64,000 bases of DNA from an uncultured Candidatus Bathyarchaeia archaeon (GTDB taxonomy: Archaea; Thermoproteota; Bathyarchaeia; TCS64), in the NCBI GenBank assembly GCA_964529745.1, contig CAZGZR010000004.1:551-64550 (forward strand). The letters run 5' to 3'. The notes under the pieces were generated by a model. It saw only the letters and a list, made by a program, of their open reading frames with translations. It ran no database searches and was not told the DNA's origin. Position 1 is the first letter of the stretch. Each line of letters opens with the position of its first letter. The translations under genes and the position numbers were made by a program. Of the stretch, positions 8,877-19,063 are shown one piece after another.

Positions 8877-8911
8877 CACCATCTCTAAAGGTTAAGGGTT
8901 CTTCAAGCTTA

Positions 8912-10366
8912 TTATATTGCTCTAATCCCCCAGACCCGCATCTCGCCTCTTCCATCGATCAGATCCTGTGTTTTCACTATGTTGAAGCCGTTTTCACGTA
9001 TTAGGCGGGTCAACAGGTTCAGGGTGAAGAAGTAGAACTCGCACGGCTCACAGTATTTCCAGTCGGGGCCAAAGTCTCGGTTGTTCTGGGATGCCCCTGT
9101 CTTCAGCAGCAGCAGGCCGCCGGGCTTGAGCAGCTTACGCATTAGGTTTAACTCGTAGCTGGGTCTATGGAAGTGCTCTATAGTCTCCTTGGTCACTATG
9201 GCGTCAAAGTAGCCCTCCGGCCACGGCGCCGTCTCCAGGTACCCTATATGCATCTTTATAGAGAAGTGCTCCGCACCCCACTCGGCGCTCGTCCTGTTTG
9301 GCTCCACACCGTAGACCTCATAGCCTCTCTCAGCTAACCCAGCTGAGTGATACCCCGTAGCGCATCCCACATCTAGAACCCTGCCGCTACGCACATAGGG
9401 TCGTATCTCGTTCAGCAGCAGCTTACCCGCGATCTCGGTCTGGCCGGGAGCTAGCTCCTCTTTTGCGAATACCTTCCTCTCCAGTTTGTCATCGGGTGCG
9501 TATCCCTGCCTGTCTCTGTTCTTCACATAGATCAAGCCGCAGCCGTCGCAGGTGACGAAGGTGGCGCCGCTCTTCTCGAACGCCGGTGTGTACTCCTTGC
9601 TGTGACACACCACACACTCGTCTAAGGGATAGCCGCCGGAGTCCAGCACCGCATCCAGAGTCTTCTTTAAACCCGTCCCCTCGAGGGATAGCTCAGTTTT
9701 CTTTAGGCGTCCTAATATCAAGGGCCACTTTCCCCTTAGGCTCCTCCTGTTTCGGCTGGGCTGAGTGTTCACATTCTGGAGGCTCATTATCTTGGGTACA
9801 TAGATAGCCCTGTACCCCGCCCTCATCATCCAGTAGAATATCTTGAAGTCCCAATAGTAGCCGTGGTCTACCATGTGGTGCGTCTCCCTGAACGCGTCCC
9901 TGTTATACAGCTGCCCGGAGCCTATTATCTGGGCTACGTCGTCCGCTCTCGTTATCTGATTGGTTCTCCTGATATCCACAATGTTATCCTTGACAGCTAA
10001 CACATCTCCGTAGATCACACCTACGTCGGGTGCTGCATACTCCTCGAGCACGCTTCTACGGTCTGACAGCATAAGATCGTCGTCGTCATTCCACGCAACG
10101 AATTTGTTCTCTGCTTCAAGTAGAGCTCTATGCACTGCATGAACTACGTCTATGTGGTGATCCTCTATCTCCGGGGTTACGTCCTGAGTGAAGACTTTTG
10201 CGCCACGGTCAAGCAGCCAGGCCTCCACCGCTTCAAGTCGGTTTCCCAGCTTAACGGGGTCCAGATAGATCCTGATCTCATCAGGGTCCTGCTCCTCTAT
10301 ACTCTTGTATGCCTCCTCCAAAAGACGACCTTCTCGAGATACCAGCATACACGCCGAGAACTTCAT
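8912..10366 (-). CDS. GT2 glycosyltransferase fused to Zn-binding class I SAM methyltransferase
   Basis: WNDDDD (DxD) in N-domain; CVVC..CDGC and VLDVGCATG in C-domain. Confidence 0.8.
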   Translation of the reverse strand: MKFSACMLVSREGRLLEEAYKSIEEQDPDEIRIYLDPVKLGNRLEAVEAWLLDRGAKVFTQDVTPEIEDHHIDVVHAVHRALLEAENKFVAWNDDDDLMLSDRRSVLEEYAAPDVGVIYGDVLAVKDNIVDIRRTNQITRADDVAQIIGSGQLYNRDAFRETHHMVDHGYYWDFKIFYWMMRAGYRAIYVPKIMSLQNVNTQPSRNRRSLRGKWPLILGRLKKTELSLEGTGLKKTLDAVLDSGGYPLDECVVCHSKEYTPAFEKSGATFVTCDGCGLIYVKNRDRQGYAPDDKLERKVFAKEELAPGQTEIAGKLLLNEIRPYVRSGRVLDVGCATGYHSAGLAERGYEVYGVEPNRTSAEWGAEHFSIKMHIGYLETAPWPEGYFDAIVTKETIEHFHRPSYELNLMRKLLKPGGLLLLKTGASQNNRDFGPDWKYCEPCEFYFFTLNLLTRLIRENGFNIVKTQDLIDGRGEMRVWGIRAI

Positions 10367-10368
10367 TT

Positions 10369-11046
10369 CTAGTCCGCCCTGTGCACCGTGATAGTGAAGT
10401 CATGAGGCATGTACGTATGGTCGAGGGTAACCTTCCTGCCTAAAAACCACATACAGTGATCCAGAACCTTAATGGGGTCGTACTGAAAGTCCCTCGAGTT
10501 AACATGGTCCGCATGGGTGGATAACATGTTGAACGCCATAGCCTTTCTGGTCGCCGCCCAGCAGTTATCAAGTATCTGGTACGCCCATCTGTGCTGTTCT
10601 TCGGGGTTCCCTATCTTCTTCGTGAGCACGCCGGACATTATCACGTAGTCGTATTGTCTATCCAGAGCCTCCACCATGTCGTGAACCTTGAAGCTTATCG
10701 GGTTTCTAGAGGGCAATAAGTTAGGGTAATGTTCTTCTGCTTTTTTCACCATTTTGGTGGATATGTCTATTCCTGTGTAGCTCCACGGGTAATCATATTT
10801 GTCCCTCAGATAGTCGATTAGATTACCCAGACCGCAGCCTACATCTAGTATCGTTATGTTTCTAAACAGTCTCCCCCACACGGAACAGATATCGGGTATT
10901 ATCCTGCATAGGACCTCGAACCTTTTCCTCTGACTGCGCCAGCTGCCCCAATCTAAGGCCTGGGGACTGAACCCATATCTCTCAACATTACAATCCCAAT
11001 ACTTCTCAAGGTTCTCTACTTTATTCACTTCCTCTACTTTATCCAC
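10369..11046 (-). CDS. Class I SAM-dependent methyltransferase (sugar-cluster type)
   Basis: ILDVGCGLG, YTGIDIS, C-terminal DHTYMPHDFTI. Confidence 0.85.
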   Translation of the reverse strand: MDKVEEVNKVENLEKYWDCNVERYGFSPQALDWGSWRSQRKRFEVLCRIIPDICSVWGRLFRNITILDVGCGLGNLIDYLRDKYDYPWSYTGIDISTKMVKKAEEHYPNLLPSRNPISFKVHDMVEALDRQYDYVIMSGVLTKKIGNPEEQHRWAYQILDNCWAATRKAMAFNMLSTHADHVNSRDFQYDPIKVLDHCMWFLGRKVTLDHTYMPHDFTITVHRAD

Positions 11047-11726
11047 TCTCTCGCCCCCGGTCCATACCTCATTAAGGGATCCAGTATACTTATGTCTCCA
11101 TAGGGTTCATACGTGCACCGCCATTGTTGGACTTCTACCTCTATCCCTGCCTCCTTGAAGAGCTCCGTGTCCAAGTAATTTTTGTATGCGGTGCCCCCTG
11201 AGAGGTAAGTGTCCGCGTTGTATAATCTGCACAGGTCTACAAGCAGCTGATTACCTCCCTCCGCTAGTCCTTTCCCCGTGAGAGGTTCAACGCGCTTCAC
11301 CATGGATATTACGTCGCTCAGCAAAACCATGTGCGTGTCTATCCCTAAAATCTCCTTTAAGGTATAGATTCCCGTTAAGCTTACGTCCACCAGCATCTCC
11401 CGGTCTAGGCTTAGCTCTGCCGTCTTGTACCCAACGAGGAAAAACGGCTTCTCATGGTAGCACTGTTTTAGTGTTTTCAGGTGCTTATCCATCCATCGCC
11501 CGGGAACCAACCGTACCTGATTGATGGGCTTGAACAGGTCTTCATGGTTGACGGGAATGGTTCGCAGCAGCTTGTCCTCGTTCATCCACAACTCGTAGCG
11601 CTGCTGCCAGCTGCCCTTCTTGAACTGGAGACTATCGAGTATAACAAATACATCTGACTCTATCATGCGATTGAAAAAATGAAGGCAGGGAAAGGGCCTA
11701 GGTTGGTATGCTGCTAATGTCACCAT
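11034..11726 (-). CDS. WbqC-like protein
   Basis: YQP.PFP..FFNRM..SDVFVILD..QF, YLSG, SILD signatures. Confidence 0.85.
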   Translation of the reverse strand: MVTLAAYQPRPFPCLHFFNRMIESDVFVILDSLQFKKGSWQQRYELWMNEDKLLRTIPVNHEDLFKPINQVRLVPGRWMDKHLKTLKQCYHEKPFFLVGYKTAELSLDREMLVDVSLTGIYTLKEILGIDTHMVLLSDVISMVKRVEPLTGKGLAEGGNQLLVDLCRLYNADTYLSGGTAYKNYLDTELFKEAGIEVEVQQWRCTYEPYGDISILDPLMRYGPGAREWIK

Positions 11727-12354
11727 AGAGTTGTACCACCTTGAAGGGTTCAGCCGCGTGATACCCTGCGTGGAGACCCCAATACTCCGCCCTAACCCTT
11801 ATTGCCTCTGGACTCCTTGGGTGCGGCCACGGTCTGCACTCCGTGATGTAGGCCTTCATCGCCTCCACCTTCTTTTCAAGGGTCTCAGCTATATCTACGA
11901 AAAGGTTTGGCTCGAACTCCCCTACTCTCCATACGGTGGACTCGAAGCAGATCAGGTTTATCCTCCTATGCTCCTTTGGTCTCGAGTACACCCGGGCGGT
12001 CTCGTAGATTATCCTGTGATCCTTGTTGAGCTGGGTTGGGCTGTTGGTTATGAGCAGGTTGGGCTCAAGTTCCAGGGCCTCGAACCTTTTGTTTATGTCT
12101 ATCTGGGCGTAGGTGTCAAACCTTTGGTTAGCTAGGTTAAGCCATTTTACATCTGTTACTCCTAGTATAGCGCAGGACGCTACGGCCTGGTCCCTCAGGT
12201 CGTCGTATTTGGGGGCGTGGAGCAGGCCGTCACTGGCGAACACCAGGGTAATCTCTGTCTCTTTCTCTGTGGCCAGCTTCGCTATGTAGCCTCCTGCACC
12301 TATCACCGCGTCGTCCGGGTGGGCGCACAATACCACTACTTTCATCTTTATCAC
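11698..12354 (-). CDS. PIG-L/LmbE family deacetylase
   Basis: AHPDD, DH, KKVEAM..Y and HPRS motifs. Confidence 0.9.
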   Translation of the reverse strand: MIKMKVVVLCAHPDDAVIGAGGYIAKLATEKETEITLVFASDGLLHAPKYDDLRDQAVASCAILGVTDVKWLNLANQRFDTYAQIDINKRFEALELEPNLLITNSPTQLNKDHRIIYETARVYSRPKEHRRINLICFESTVWRVGEFEPNLFVDIAETLEKKVEAMKAYITECRPWPHPRSPEAIRVRAEYWGLHAGYHAAEPFKVVQLYGDISSIPT

Positions 12355-13208
12355 CTTAGGGGGACGTCGGGTAGACGCCCAGCTATCTCCCCGTCTCTAT
12401 AGACTATCTTGAAGGGGAGCTCTTCCAACTGTTCCCTTATCACCGCCGGCAGAACCTTAAGCCCATCAATGAAGCGTTTTTCTAGGGGTACGCAGTGGCG
12501 CCGGCAGTAATCACGATACCATTCGGGGGCTAGTTTCTTCACTTTCTCAAGGGTCAGCCCCTTCTCGGCCTCCACGTACTCGGGTATGGACCCATGGGAC
12601 CCGTCTAGAATCCAGTCCGGTTGACGCATCCGGTACCAGACTCTCCACGCTGGCCTTACTAGGCTCAGGTTCACCCCGAACATTCCCATCATTGTTCTCG
12701 ATTTTAAATCCGGGAAGGTGGGTCTATCCCTCGAGGCCGGTGGATCCGCCTCAATTATCCGTCCCACCTTATGAAACAGCAGCTTGTGAGGGACGTTACA
12801 CGGGGTTCTGTCGAATACATGTGTGTAGTCCCCGCAGAGGTTGATGTCTCCGCAGCGGATCATCCACCGTTTGTTACGGTTCTCTTCAACCAGCCTCTTT
12901 AAAGACTTAGTGCTGTATGGGCCGTCGCTGTTCATGACTAGGTTCGCGTCCTGCATCAATATCCAGGGGTGGCTGCAGAGCTCTATGGCCCTGTAACGAC
13001 TCTCGTACATGAGCAGCCCGCTCTCTATTTTTACTTCTCCCGGAATGTTTAGCTCTGCTAGGGTTTCCTCCGCCTCTTTTACAGTGTTATCCCAACTGCC
13101 GTTATCCAGGACCACCACCTCGTCCGCGAACCCGTCCACACTCTTTAGGGCGAGGGGTATGCTTTCCTCTTCGTTCCAGCTGATCACCGATACGCTGATC
13201 TTAGTCAT
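12351..13208 (-). CDS. GT2 glycosyltransferase
   Basis: ISVSVISWNEE, VVLDNGSWDNT. Confidence 0.85.
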   Translation of the reverse strand: MTKISVSVISWNEEESIPLALKSVDGFADEVVVLDNGSWDNTVKEAEETLAELNIPGEVKIESGLLMYESRYRAIELCSHPWILMQDANLVMNSDGPYSTKSLKRLVEENRNKRWMIRCGDINLCGDYTHVFDRTPCNVPHKLLFHKVGRIIEADPPASRDRPTFPDLKSRTMMGMFGVNLSLVRPAWRVWYRMRQPDWILDGSHGSIPEYVEAEKGLTLEKVKKLAPEWYRDYCRRHCVPLEKRFIDGLKVLPAVIREQLEELPFKIVYRDGEIAGRLPDVPLR

Positions 13209-14008
13209 GTTTATCCAGGTACCCTAGTTTCTTCAGTCGCTCCTGGAGCATCTTCGTCTCACTAGGCGGAGGCATCTCCGTCAGGTCCAGCACCACAGGC
13301 AGGATATCCTTGATGTGAGGCGGTTTCTCGAATCCTAGGGGTATGCTGCTGCTGAGGAAGGAGTACCTGGTATGGTAGCCCCGGGTGCACTCATTGTGTC
13401 CTGGGATAACTACGCGGCCGCTCTTCCGCGTCAGCATACCGTGGTCGCTCATTATCAACAAGACGCCGTCGTCACCCATAGCCACCTTGACCGTCTTGGC
13501 CATGTCAGCGCACCAGACGTAGAGCTTGTCCATCGTCTCCTGGCTCCAGGCGTACATGTGCTGCAGAAAGTCGGTTCCCCAGATATGGATCATGAGGAGC
13601 GGCGGCTTCTTCTTTAGGGCCTCCATGTACAGGCTGCGCCTATGATTCATCTGGATCCAGCACTCCCCAGCGAACGTTCTCATGGCCACGGGCTTACCCA
13701 TCGCCCTAGTCATACGTCCCTCGGGGAACCAATCTATGTTCTCATGGGGTACCTGTATTGCTACGCTGCCGGGAACCAGGTCGAACAGGTTGGGGACCTT
13801 CAGCGCTTTTTTACGGTACTGGTTCCCTGTTACACCGTTCTCTTTAGGCATCTTCCCGGTGGTTATGACGGCCCACAGCTGGGCGGTGGAGGGATCGTTT
13901 ATCCCTATGTTGTTGTCCACCTTCCAGCACTCGGCTTGGGCGAGCTCAGGGATATCCTTCGCTATGCTCCACTCAAGCGCATCGAAATCCGAGGATGCAA
14001 ACGCGCAT
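13201..14008 (-). CDS. Alkaline-phosphatase/sulfatase-superfamily protein with a +1 frameshift at 13985-13987
   Basis: ATG 14008 gives MRVCILGF; +1 shift gives DALEW...; SDHG and C-terminal ERLKKLGYL motifs. Confidence 0.7.
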
Positions 14009-14758
14009 CTACACCATCACCTCCTCTAAGATTATTTCTCCCTGTCTCAATTCATCCCAATGTAGAGACATATGACAATTTCGACATAAACTTGTAAGGT
14101 TTGAGGGGTTATTATTAGTTTTAATGTGATCTATGTGGTGTACATGTAGTTTATACTCTAATTCATCTTGATTTATTCCACATAGTTGACAAGTATAGCT
14201 ATCTCTTTTTCTTATTATCTCTTTAAGTTCTGTACAAAATTCTGCACCGTAAGGCTCAAAGGATATCCCCCCCTGCCAATTAGGGTGATTCTCCCCCGCA
14301 TTTTCTCCCTTCTTAAACTGAGTTTCTCTAAAGTTTGTTATTCCTTCAGGAGACATCCATTCCTCTATTGGTTTTCCTTTTAAGGGTGAAGGTTGACCAA
14401 GATGGGCTTCTGACATGTGGTTAGCATATTCTAGATCTTGCCATAACTCTTTAATTCTCTCTGAGTTCTTCTCTCGGAAGCGTCCTAGGCTTAAGGTTTC
14501 CTCACGTGATCTCGTTGGTATACTGTATCTCTTCATAGCTGTCTGAATCGCCTGTCGTGAACAAGGGTATAGATCGGCTATTTCATTCTGACTTAAGTTG
14601 TCTTCTAAGTATAGTTTAGCTAATTTTTCTCTATCTAAATATAACTTCATCCTTGCCTTGTCATGACATTCATGAGAACAGTATTTTGCTGTGTCTTCTC
14701 GATATGGTCTAACCTCAAAAAGGTTACCACAGTACTCACAAATTAAACTAATAGGTAT
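14009..14758 (-). CDS. HNH homing endonuclease with N-terminal Zn finger and HTH
   Basis: CQLC..VHHID..N..NL..LCRNCH; AT-rich; in-frame CEYC..YCSHEC extension back to ATA 14758. Confidence 0.85.
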   Translation of the reverse strand: MPISLICEYCGNLFEVRPYREDTAKYCSHECHDKARMKLYLDREKLAKLYLEDNLSQNEIADLYPCSRQAIQTAMKRYSIPTRSREETLSLGRFREKNSERIKELWQDLEYANHMSEAHLGQPSPLKGKPIEEWMSPEGITNFRETQFKKGENAGENHPNWQGGISFEPYGAEFCTELKEIIRKRDSYTCQLCGINQDELEYKLHVHHIDHIKTNNNPSNLTSLCRNCHMSLHWDELRQGEIILEEVMV

Positions 14759-14760
14759 GC

Positions 14761-15513
14761 TTAGACCTCCTTATCCAGTATCAGTATCGCCTGCTCCCGG
14801 GGGCTTCGGTGCTCCCCGGGGATCTCCTTCCGGTCTGGCCACAGCAGCAGCCTTCCCTTGAAGGGCGGTGTCAGTTTGCTCGTCGCCTCGTCTATCTCCT
14901 TGAGCATGTACCTGTGGCTTATCAGGCCGTCTTCTCTTATCGTGAACACCGGCATCGTGGGGGGAAGCATAGCCACCACCAGCCTCTTCTCCGTGTGATC
15001 CCACATCTGCTGAAGGGGTTCATAGAGTAAAGGTAGGTGCTGTACTACTTGGAGGCTGAAAACAGTATCGTAGACCCCTGTATGAGGCGGCGCCCACCCC
15101 CTCAGTCCTGATATGTCGAATACGTCCCCTACCTCAAAGCAGGCCTCATTAAGGGGGAAACATTCTCGGGCCAGCTTTATCATGTTCTCACAGTCTAGCC
15201 CCAAGTACTCCGATATGAGGGCAGACCCCATCTTTAGCACCCCAAACAGGTGTCCAACGCCACACCCCATGTCTAGCACTGTCTCCCCGCGTAGATACTG
15301 CACCACCCTCTGTGTTCGATGTCTTTTCCCTCTCTGCCCTATCGTTCTGGGCTTATAATCTGGGGACGGGTTACCCCAGCCCTTCAGACACTCCGCTGCG
15401 TGGTCTGGGTTATGCGTCCACGGCTCCCAGAACCTGTTCTCAGGGTCTAAGGGTCGTCCCTTACTCCCCCACTCTTTGTAGAGTGGGCTGTCCTTTGCGT
15501 TCAGTCTCTTCAT
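14761..15513 (-). CDS. Class I SAM-dependent methyltransferase
   Basis: VLDMGCGVG, YLGLD, VVQHL. Confidence 0.85.
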   Translation of the reverse strand: MKRLNAKDSPLYKEWGSKGRPLDPENRFWEPWTHNPDHAAECLKGWGNPSPDYKPRTIGQRGKRHRTQRVVQYLRGETVLDMGCGVGHLFGVLKMGSALISEYLGLDCENMIKLARECFPLNEACFEVGDVFDISGLRGWAPPHTGVYDTVFSLQVVQHLPLLYEPLQQMWDHTEKRLVVAMLPPTMPVFTIREDGLISHRYMLKEIDEATSKLTPPFKGRLLLWPDRKEIPGEHRSPREQAILILDKEV

Positions 15514-16571
15514 CCTAATCCCTCTATTATCTCGAGCTCCTCTTCAATGACGCCTATATTCGTGCTCCTGTCAAACTTCAGACCCTGCCTTATGGAGTCA
15601 CTACATAGAATCTGATACAGCACGGGGTCCTCCTTCAGTATCTCTAGGATATGCCTCTTGGTCGGCTCGAAGTCCTTGAACACCAGGCCCACGGATCCCA
15701 TCTGCTCCCTGCACGCCCCCGCCTCTCTCGCCACTGGATAGCAGCCGGCGTTCATGCCCTCGTAGAGCATTAGACTCGCGGACTCCGCTGGGCTGGGATG
15801 AAACAGAACTTTGCTGGCTGCCATGAAGCCGGCTACCAGGCGGCGAGGTATGTTCACGTAGTGCTCAAAGTTAAGGGAGTCCGTCAGTTGTTTGACGTCC
15901 ATGGGGTCCTTCACCAGGAAAATCCCTACTACGGTTAGACCCACCTCGCTGAGCTCCGTAGCCTCCTGGAACTCCTGACTCAATACCTTGGCGCCCTCTT
16001 TCTTCCCTCCAAACCAGCTGTGCCGGTACTTCGCTGAAAACACGACGTCTATTTTTCTGTCCTCCCAAGGCATAGCCGCCTCCCGGAAAGGTCGATAGTC
16101 GTGAGGGGCATAGATCACCCGGGGCTCTGGGGCGTTAGGGGGAATGTATGGCGCTAGTATCTTCTTCTGGGTCTCGCTGTTGGTCCATATCCTGGCCACG
16201 GCGTCGGGGTTCCACCTAGTAGGAGGCGCTATGTTCCAGCAAACCACAGGGCATTTCACGTACTCACCTATCCAACTGTAGTCTAGATACGGCACTAGGA
16301 GCATGTCGCTCTTATTCCACTCTTCAAGTGGCATCCGCTGCGGGGTTTGTCTCTGAATCGGGTACCCAAACTCAAAGTTATCCAGGGTCAGGTTGTATGC
16401 AAGGTGGTAATCCAGTATTCTCTCTTTCTGGGATATGTGGCCTCCCAGGAAGTTTCCGTACACCTTGACGTCGTGACCCATGGAGGCGAAGCAGTCGGCG
16501 AACCCGGATATCATGGTCTGCTGGCGTCCGCCGGCGCTGGCTAGGTTATACTCTAATACGCTGATCTTCAT
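15510..16571 (-). CDS. GT4 (GT-B) glycosyltransferase
   Basis: GG..Q N-motif, HPSPAESASLMLYEGMNAG (EX7E). Confidence 0.8.
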   Translation of the reverse strand: MKISVLEYNLASAGGRQQTMISGFADCFASMGHDVKVYGNFLGGHISQKERILDYHLAYNLTLDNFEFGYPIQRQTPQRMPLEEWNKSDMLLVPYLDYSWIGEYVKCPVVCWNIAPPTRWNPDAVARIWTNSETQKKILAPYIPPNAPEPRVIYAPHDYRPFREAAMPWEDRKIDVVFSAKYRHSWFGGKKEGAKVLSQEFQEATELSEVGLTVVGIFLVKDPMDVKQLTDSLNFEHYVNIPRRLVAGFMAASKVLFHPSPAESASLMLYEGMNAGCYPVAREAGACREQMGSVGLVFKDFEPTKRHILEILKEDPVLYQILCSDSIRQGLKFDRSTNIGVIEEELEIIEGLG

Positions 16572-17707
16572 CCTCTCACCTTCACCCCTAGATCCTTAAG
16601 GCGGTCCTTGACGTCGCTCTCCTGCTTAGATAGATAGCTGATCTCATTATAGTAGTCCGTGAACAGTTTTTCGTACCTGTCTAGCGCCTTCTCCATATTG
16701 AAGGTAGTCTCTAGCTCCTTTGTCTGCCGCCACCTGATCGCATTCCACTCGGGCTCGGAGGTTAAGAGTACGCTTAGCATCCTAGCCCAACTCTGGGGGT
16801 CGTCATGGTATGCGTTGAGGGCCGCCTTGAAGGAGTTCCCCCACCCGCACCTACTTACCACGCAGGGTACCCCTGCTGCATAGGCCTGAAGCACGGACTG
16901 AGGGAGGTTCTCGCTGAAACTGGGGAGCGCGAACACCCGGGTCTCCTTGAACAGCAGGTTAAGGTCCTCCATGTAGCCAGTAAACTTGTAGTCTTTACCC
17001 TCCTCGAGGCCTAGAACCTGAAGCATATTATCAAGTATGGGGGAAAGCGTGGGGCCTGCCCCCACTATCGCAAGCTCCGCCTCTGGAACCTTTGATTTAA
17101 CCAGGTTAAACGCCTGTATAAGGGTGATATGGTTTTTAATGGGGTAGACCCGGGCCAGACATGTCACCACCGGATCAGGACTCATGGGCTGCCTCTCTAT
17201 CGCGTCTACGTCCACGATCGTCGGTATCACAGAGCATCTTTCCCCGCCTACCATGCTCTTAACTTGACCAGCGGTGTTTTCGCTCGCCGCTATTATGTGG
17301 TCGACGCCTGCGAGGGCTGACACCACGAAGGGTATTACCTCATGGTATTCCGGTAGGGTAAGCAGCTCTAACAGGTTTATCCCCAGCCTCATGAAGATAG
17401 GGTAGTTGCTCTTAAGCCTCGACAGGTCGCTGTAGGTTGTTATGTTGAAGTTGTGTATCACAAAGATATCGGGGTTCAAGGCCTCCGTTGCCTCCGCCAC
17501 CGATCTCGTCGCATAGTACATAGGCACCGGTGAATCCGTTTTTGCCTCAAGGAACGGCTTCTCTGTGTTTATATCCAGAGGAGGCACATGTAGAAGCATA
17601 ACCTCTATGTCTCTTTCCCTAAGTTTTCTCGCTACAAGCTCGGCCTGAGGGGTAGACCCTGTTCGCCCACCTATCTGAGTGGTCCAAACTACCTTAATTT
17701 TGCTCAT
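16568..17707 (-). CDS. GT4 glycosyltransferase
   Basis: ARVYPIKN, PSFSENLPQSVLQAYAAGVP. Confidence 0.9.
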   Translation of the reverse strand: MSKIKVVWTTQIGGRTGSTPQAELVARKLRERDIEVMLLHVPPLDINTEKPFLEAKTDSPVPMYYATRSVAEATEALNPDIFVIHNFNITTYSDLSRLKSNYPIFMRLGINLLELLTLPEYHEVIPFVVSALAGVDHIIAASENTAGQVKSMVGGERCSVIPTIVDVDAIERQPMSPDPVVTCLARVYPIKNHITLIQAFNLVKSKVPEAELAIVGAGPTLSPILDNMLQVLGLEEGKDYKFTGYMEDLNLLFKETRVFALPSFSENLPQSVLQAYAAGVPCVVSRCGWGNSFKAALNAYHDDPQSWARMLSVLLTSEPEWNAIRWRQTKELETTFNMEKALDRYEKLFTDYYNEISYLSKQESDVKDRLKDLGVKVRG

Positions 17708-17719
17708 TTAATCACATAC

Positions 17720-17872
17720 CTATGGCTTCAGCCGCTGAGTTTTAGGTTTCCCCCAATCGTCCAGATAGTCACATATTATCTGATCATACGCCTGCTCAAT
17801 GGTGATCCCCATCTTAGCGGCGTACTGTTTAACCCGGGTATGGGCTCGGTCCGTTATCTCAGGTCGAGGCAT
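17720..17872 (-). CDS. Ribbon-helix-helix-like regulator (not in ORF track)
   Basis: MPRPEITDRAHTRVKQYAAKMGITIEQAYDQII..., 50 aa, heads the glyco operon. Confidence 0.6.
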   Translation of the reverse strand: MPRPEITDRAHTRVKQYAAKMGITIEQAYDQIICDYLDDWGKPKTQRLKP

Positions 17873-17960
17873 ACTATATTAACTGTCAGTAATGTCTTTT
17901 ATGTCATTTTCTCCGGGATTTCTTAAATCTTCTTCAGAAACTATAAACAATGGAAAAAAA

Positions 17961-18701
17961 ATGTCACAGACATTATCGTTAGGAGAACTAACACCTAACA
18001 TGCCAGAGCAGAAACGAAGCAAGCTAGCAACCGCCAGTGGATGGGACTGGAAAACCGCCGGAGACATCAACGAGGCTGATATCTTCGAGAGAGAGTACAA
18101 CGCCATCACCGGCTACTACTACGCCGAGAACACTCCCATGGGAAGGTCTATCCTAGCCCTGTTCCAGCACTACAAGCCAGTAGTTGCTGCATGGGTCAAG
18201 GAGTTTAGCTACAACGAGGACAAGGTGGGGGGCTCCTTCGCAGGGATACACGCCCAAGGCGCACAGGAGACCCTGATAAGGCCCCTCGTCCCCGAGTCCT
18301 TCGCACACGCTCAGTACACCCAGCAAGGTGCAGCCGCACCTGAGACCATCAACCTCATCCCCGACGACACACAAGCGGACGGGTCCACGGAGACAGCTAC
18401 CGAGGACGTGAAGACCTGGATCATCTTCGGTTACGCCGAGCTCATCGCAGGCGTCCCCATCGCAACCATCGTCCAGGAGCACATCAACGACCAGGAGGGC
18501 CTAAGAAACCCCCTGTACTGCTATCCTCAGACAGCAATGACCGACCTGCTCCTCTACGAGAGGGGTTCCGCCCTCTGGATCGAGACAAAGGAGCAGCTGG
18601 ACATCGACTACTTCGTTCGGAACGACACCGTAACTGGATTCTGGCCGATAGGCCTAGAATGCATCACTGAGAGCGGCATCACCGATATCTATCTCGGCTA
18701 G
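17961..18701 (+). CDS. Candidate major capsid protein (jelly-roll-like)
   Basis: Acidic 246 aa protein with beta-rich C-half, strong C-ending codon bias, first gene of a divergent operon. Fold is inferred. Confidence 0.45.
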   Translation: MSQTLSLGELTPNMPEQKRSKLATASGWDWKTAGDINEADIFEREYNAITGYYYAENTPMGRSILALFQHYKPVVAAWVKEFSYNEDKVGGSFAGIHAQGAQETLIRPLVPESFAHAQYTQQGAAAPETINLIPDDTQADGSTETATEDVKTWIIFGYAELIAGVPIATIVQEHINDQEGLRNPLYCYPQTAMTDLLLYERGSALWIETKEQLDIDYFVRNDTVTGFWPIGLECITESGITDIYLG

Positions 18702-18717
18702 GCTGGAGGTTATCTAA

Positions 18718-19020
18718 ATGGGTTTAGGTAAACTTCCAGGTCAGCAGCTGATAACGGTCGGTTGCAGAGACGGGCCTTCAAGCTACGCTCGAAGCGGATT
18801 CAACATCAGGGTCGACGTCGGCGATATCACCAAAGAGACAGACGTATTAGGCATCTACACTAACAGCCCCCAGATCGCGGCTCAGATCTCAGGCTTCAGC
18901 GGGAACAAGGTCATAGCCATAGCTTACTACCAGAGAGGCGTTCCAGGCGTCTTCCAGGAAGTGAGTGCGGGCACCGACCTTAGCGACGTAAGGTTCTGCG
19001 CTGTCGCCAAAGGGCGCTAG
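18718..19020 (+). CDS. Putative virion protein
   Basis: GGAGG RBS; MGLGKLPGQ N-terminus; beta-rich. Confidence 0.6.
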   Translation: MGLGKLPGQQLITVGCRDGPSSYARSGFNIRVDVGDITKETDVLGIYTNSPQIAAQISGFSGNKVIAIAYYQRGVPGVFQEVSAGTDLSDVRFCAVAKGR

Positions 19021-19063
19021 GCAGGCTTCCTAATTCCTGTAAAAATAGAGAGATGAAGGAAAG

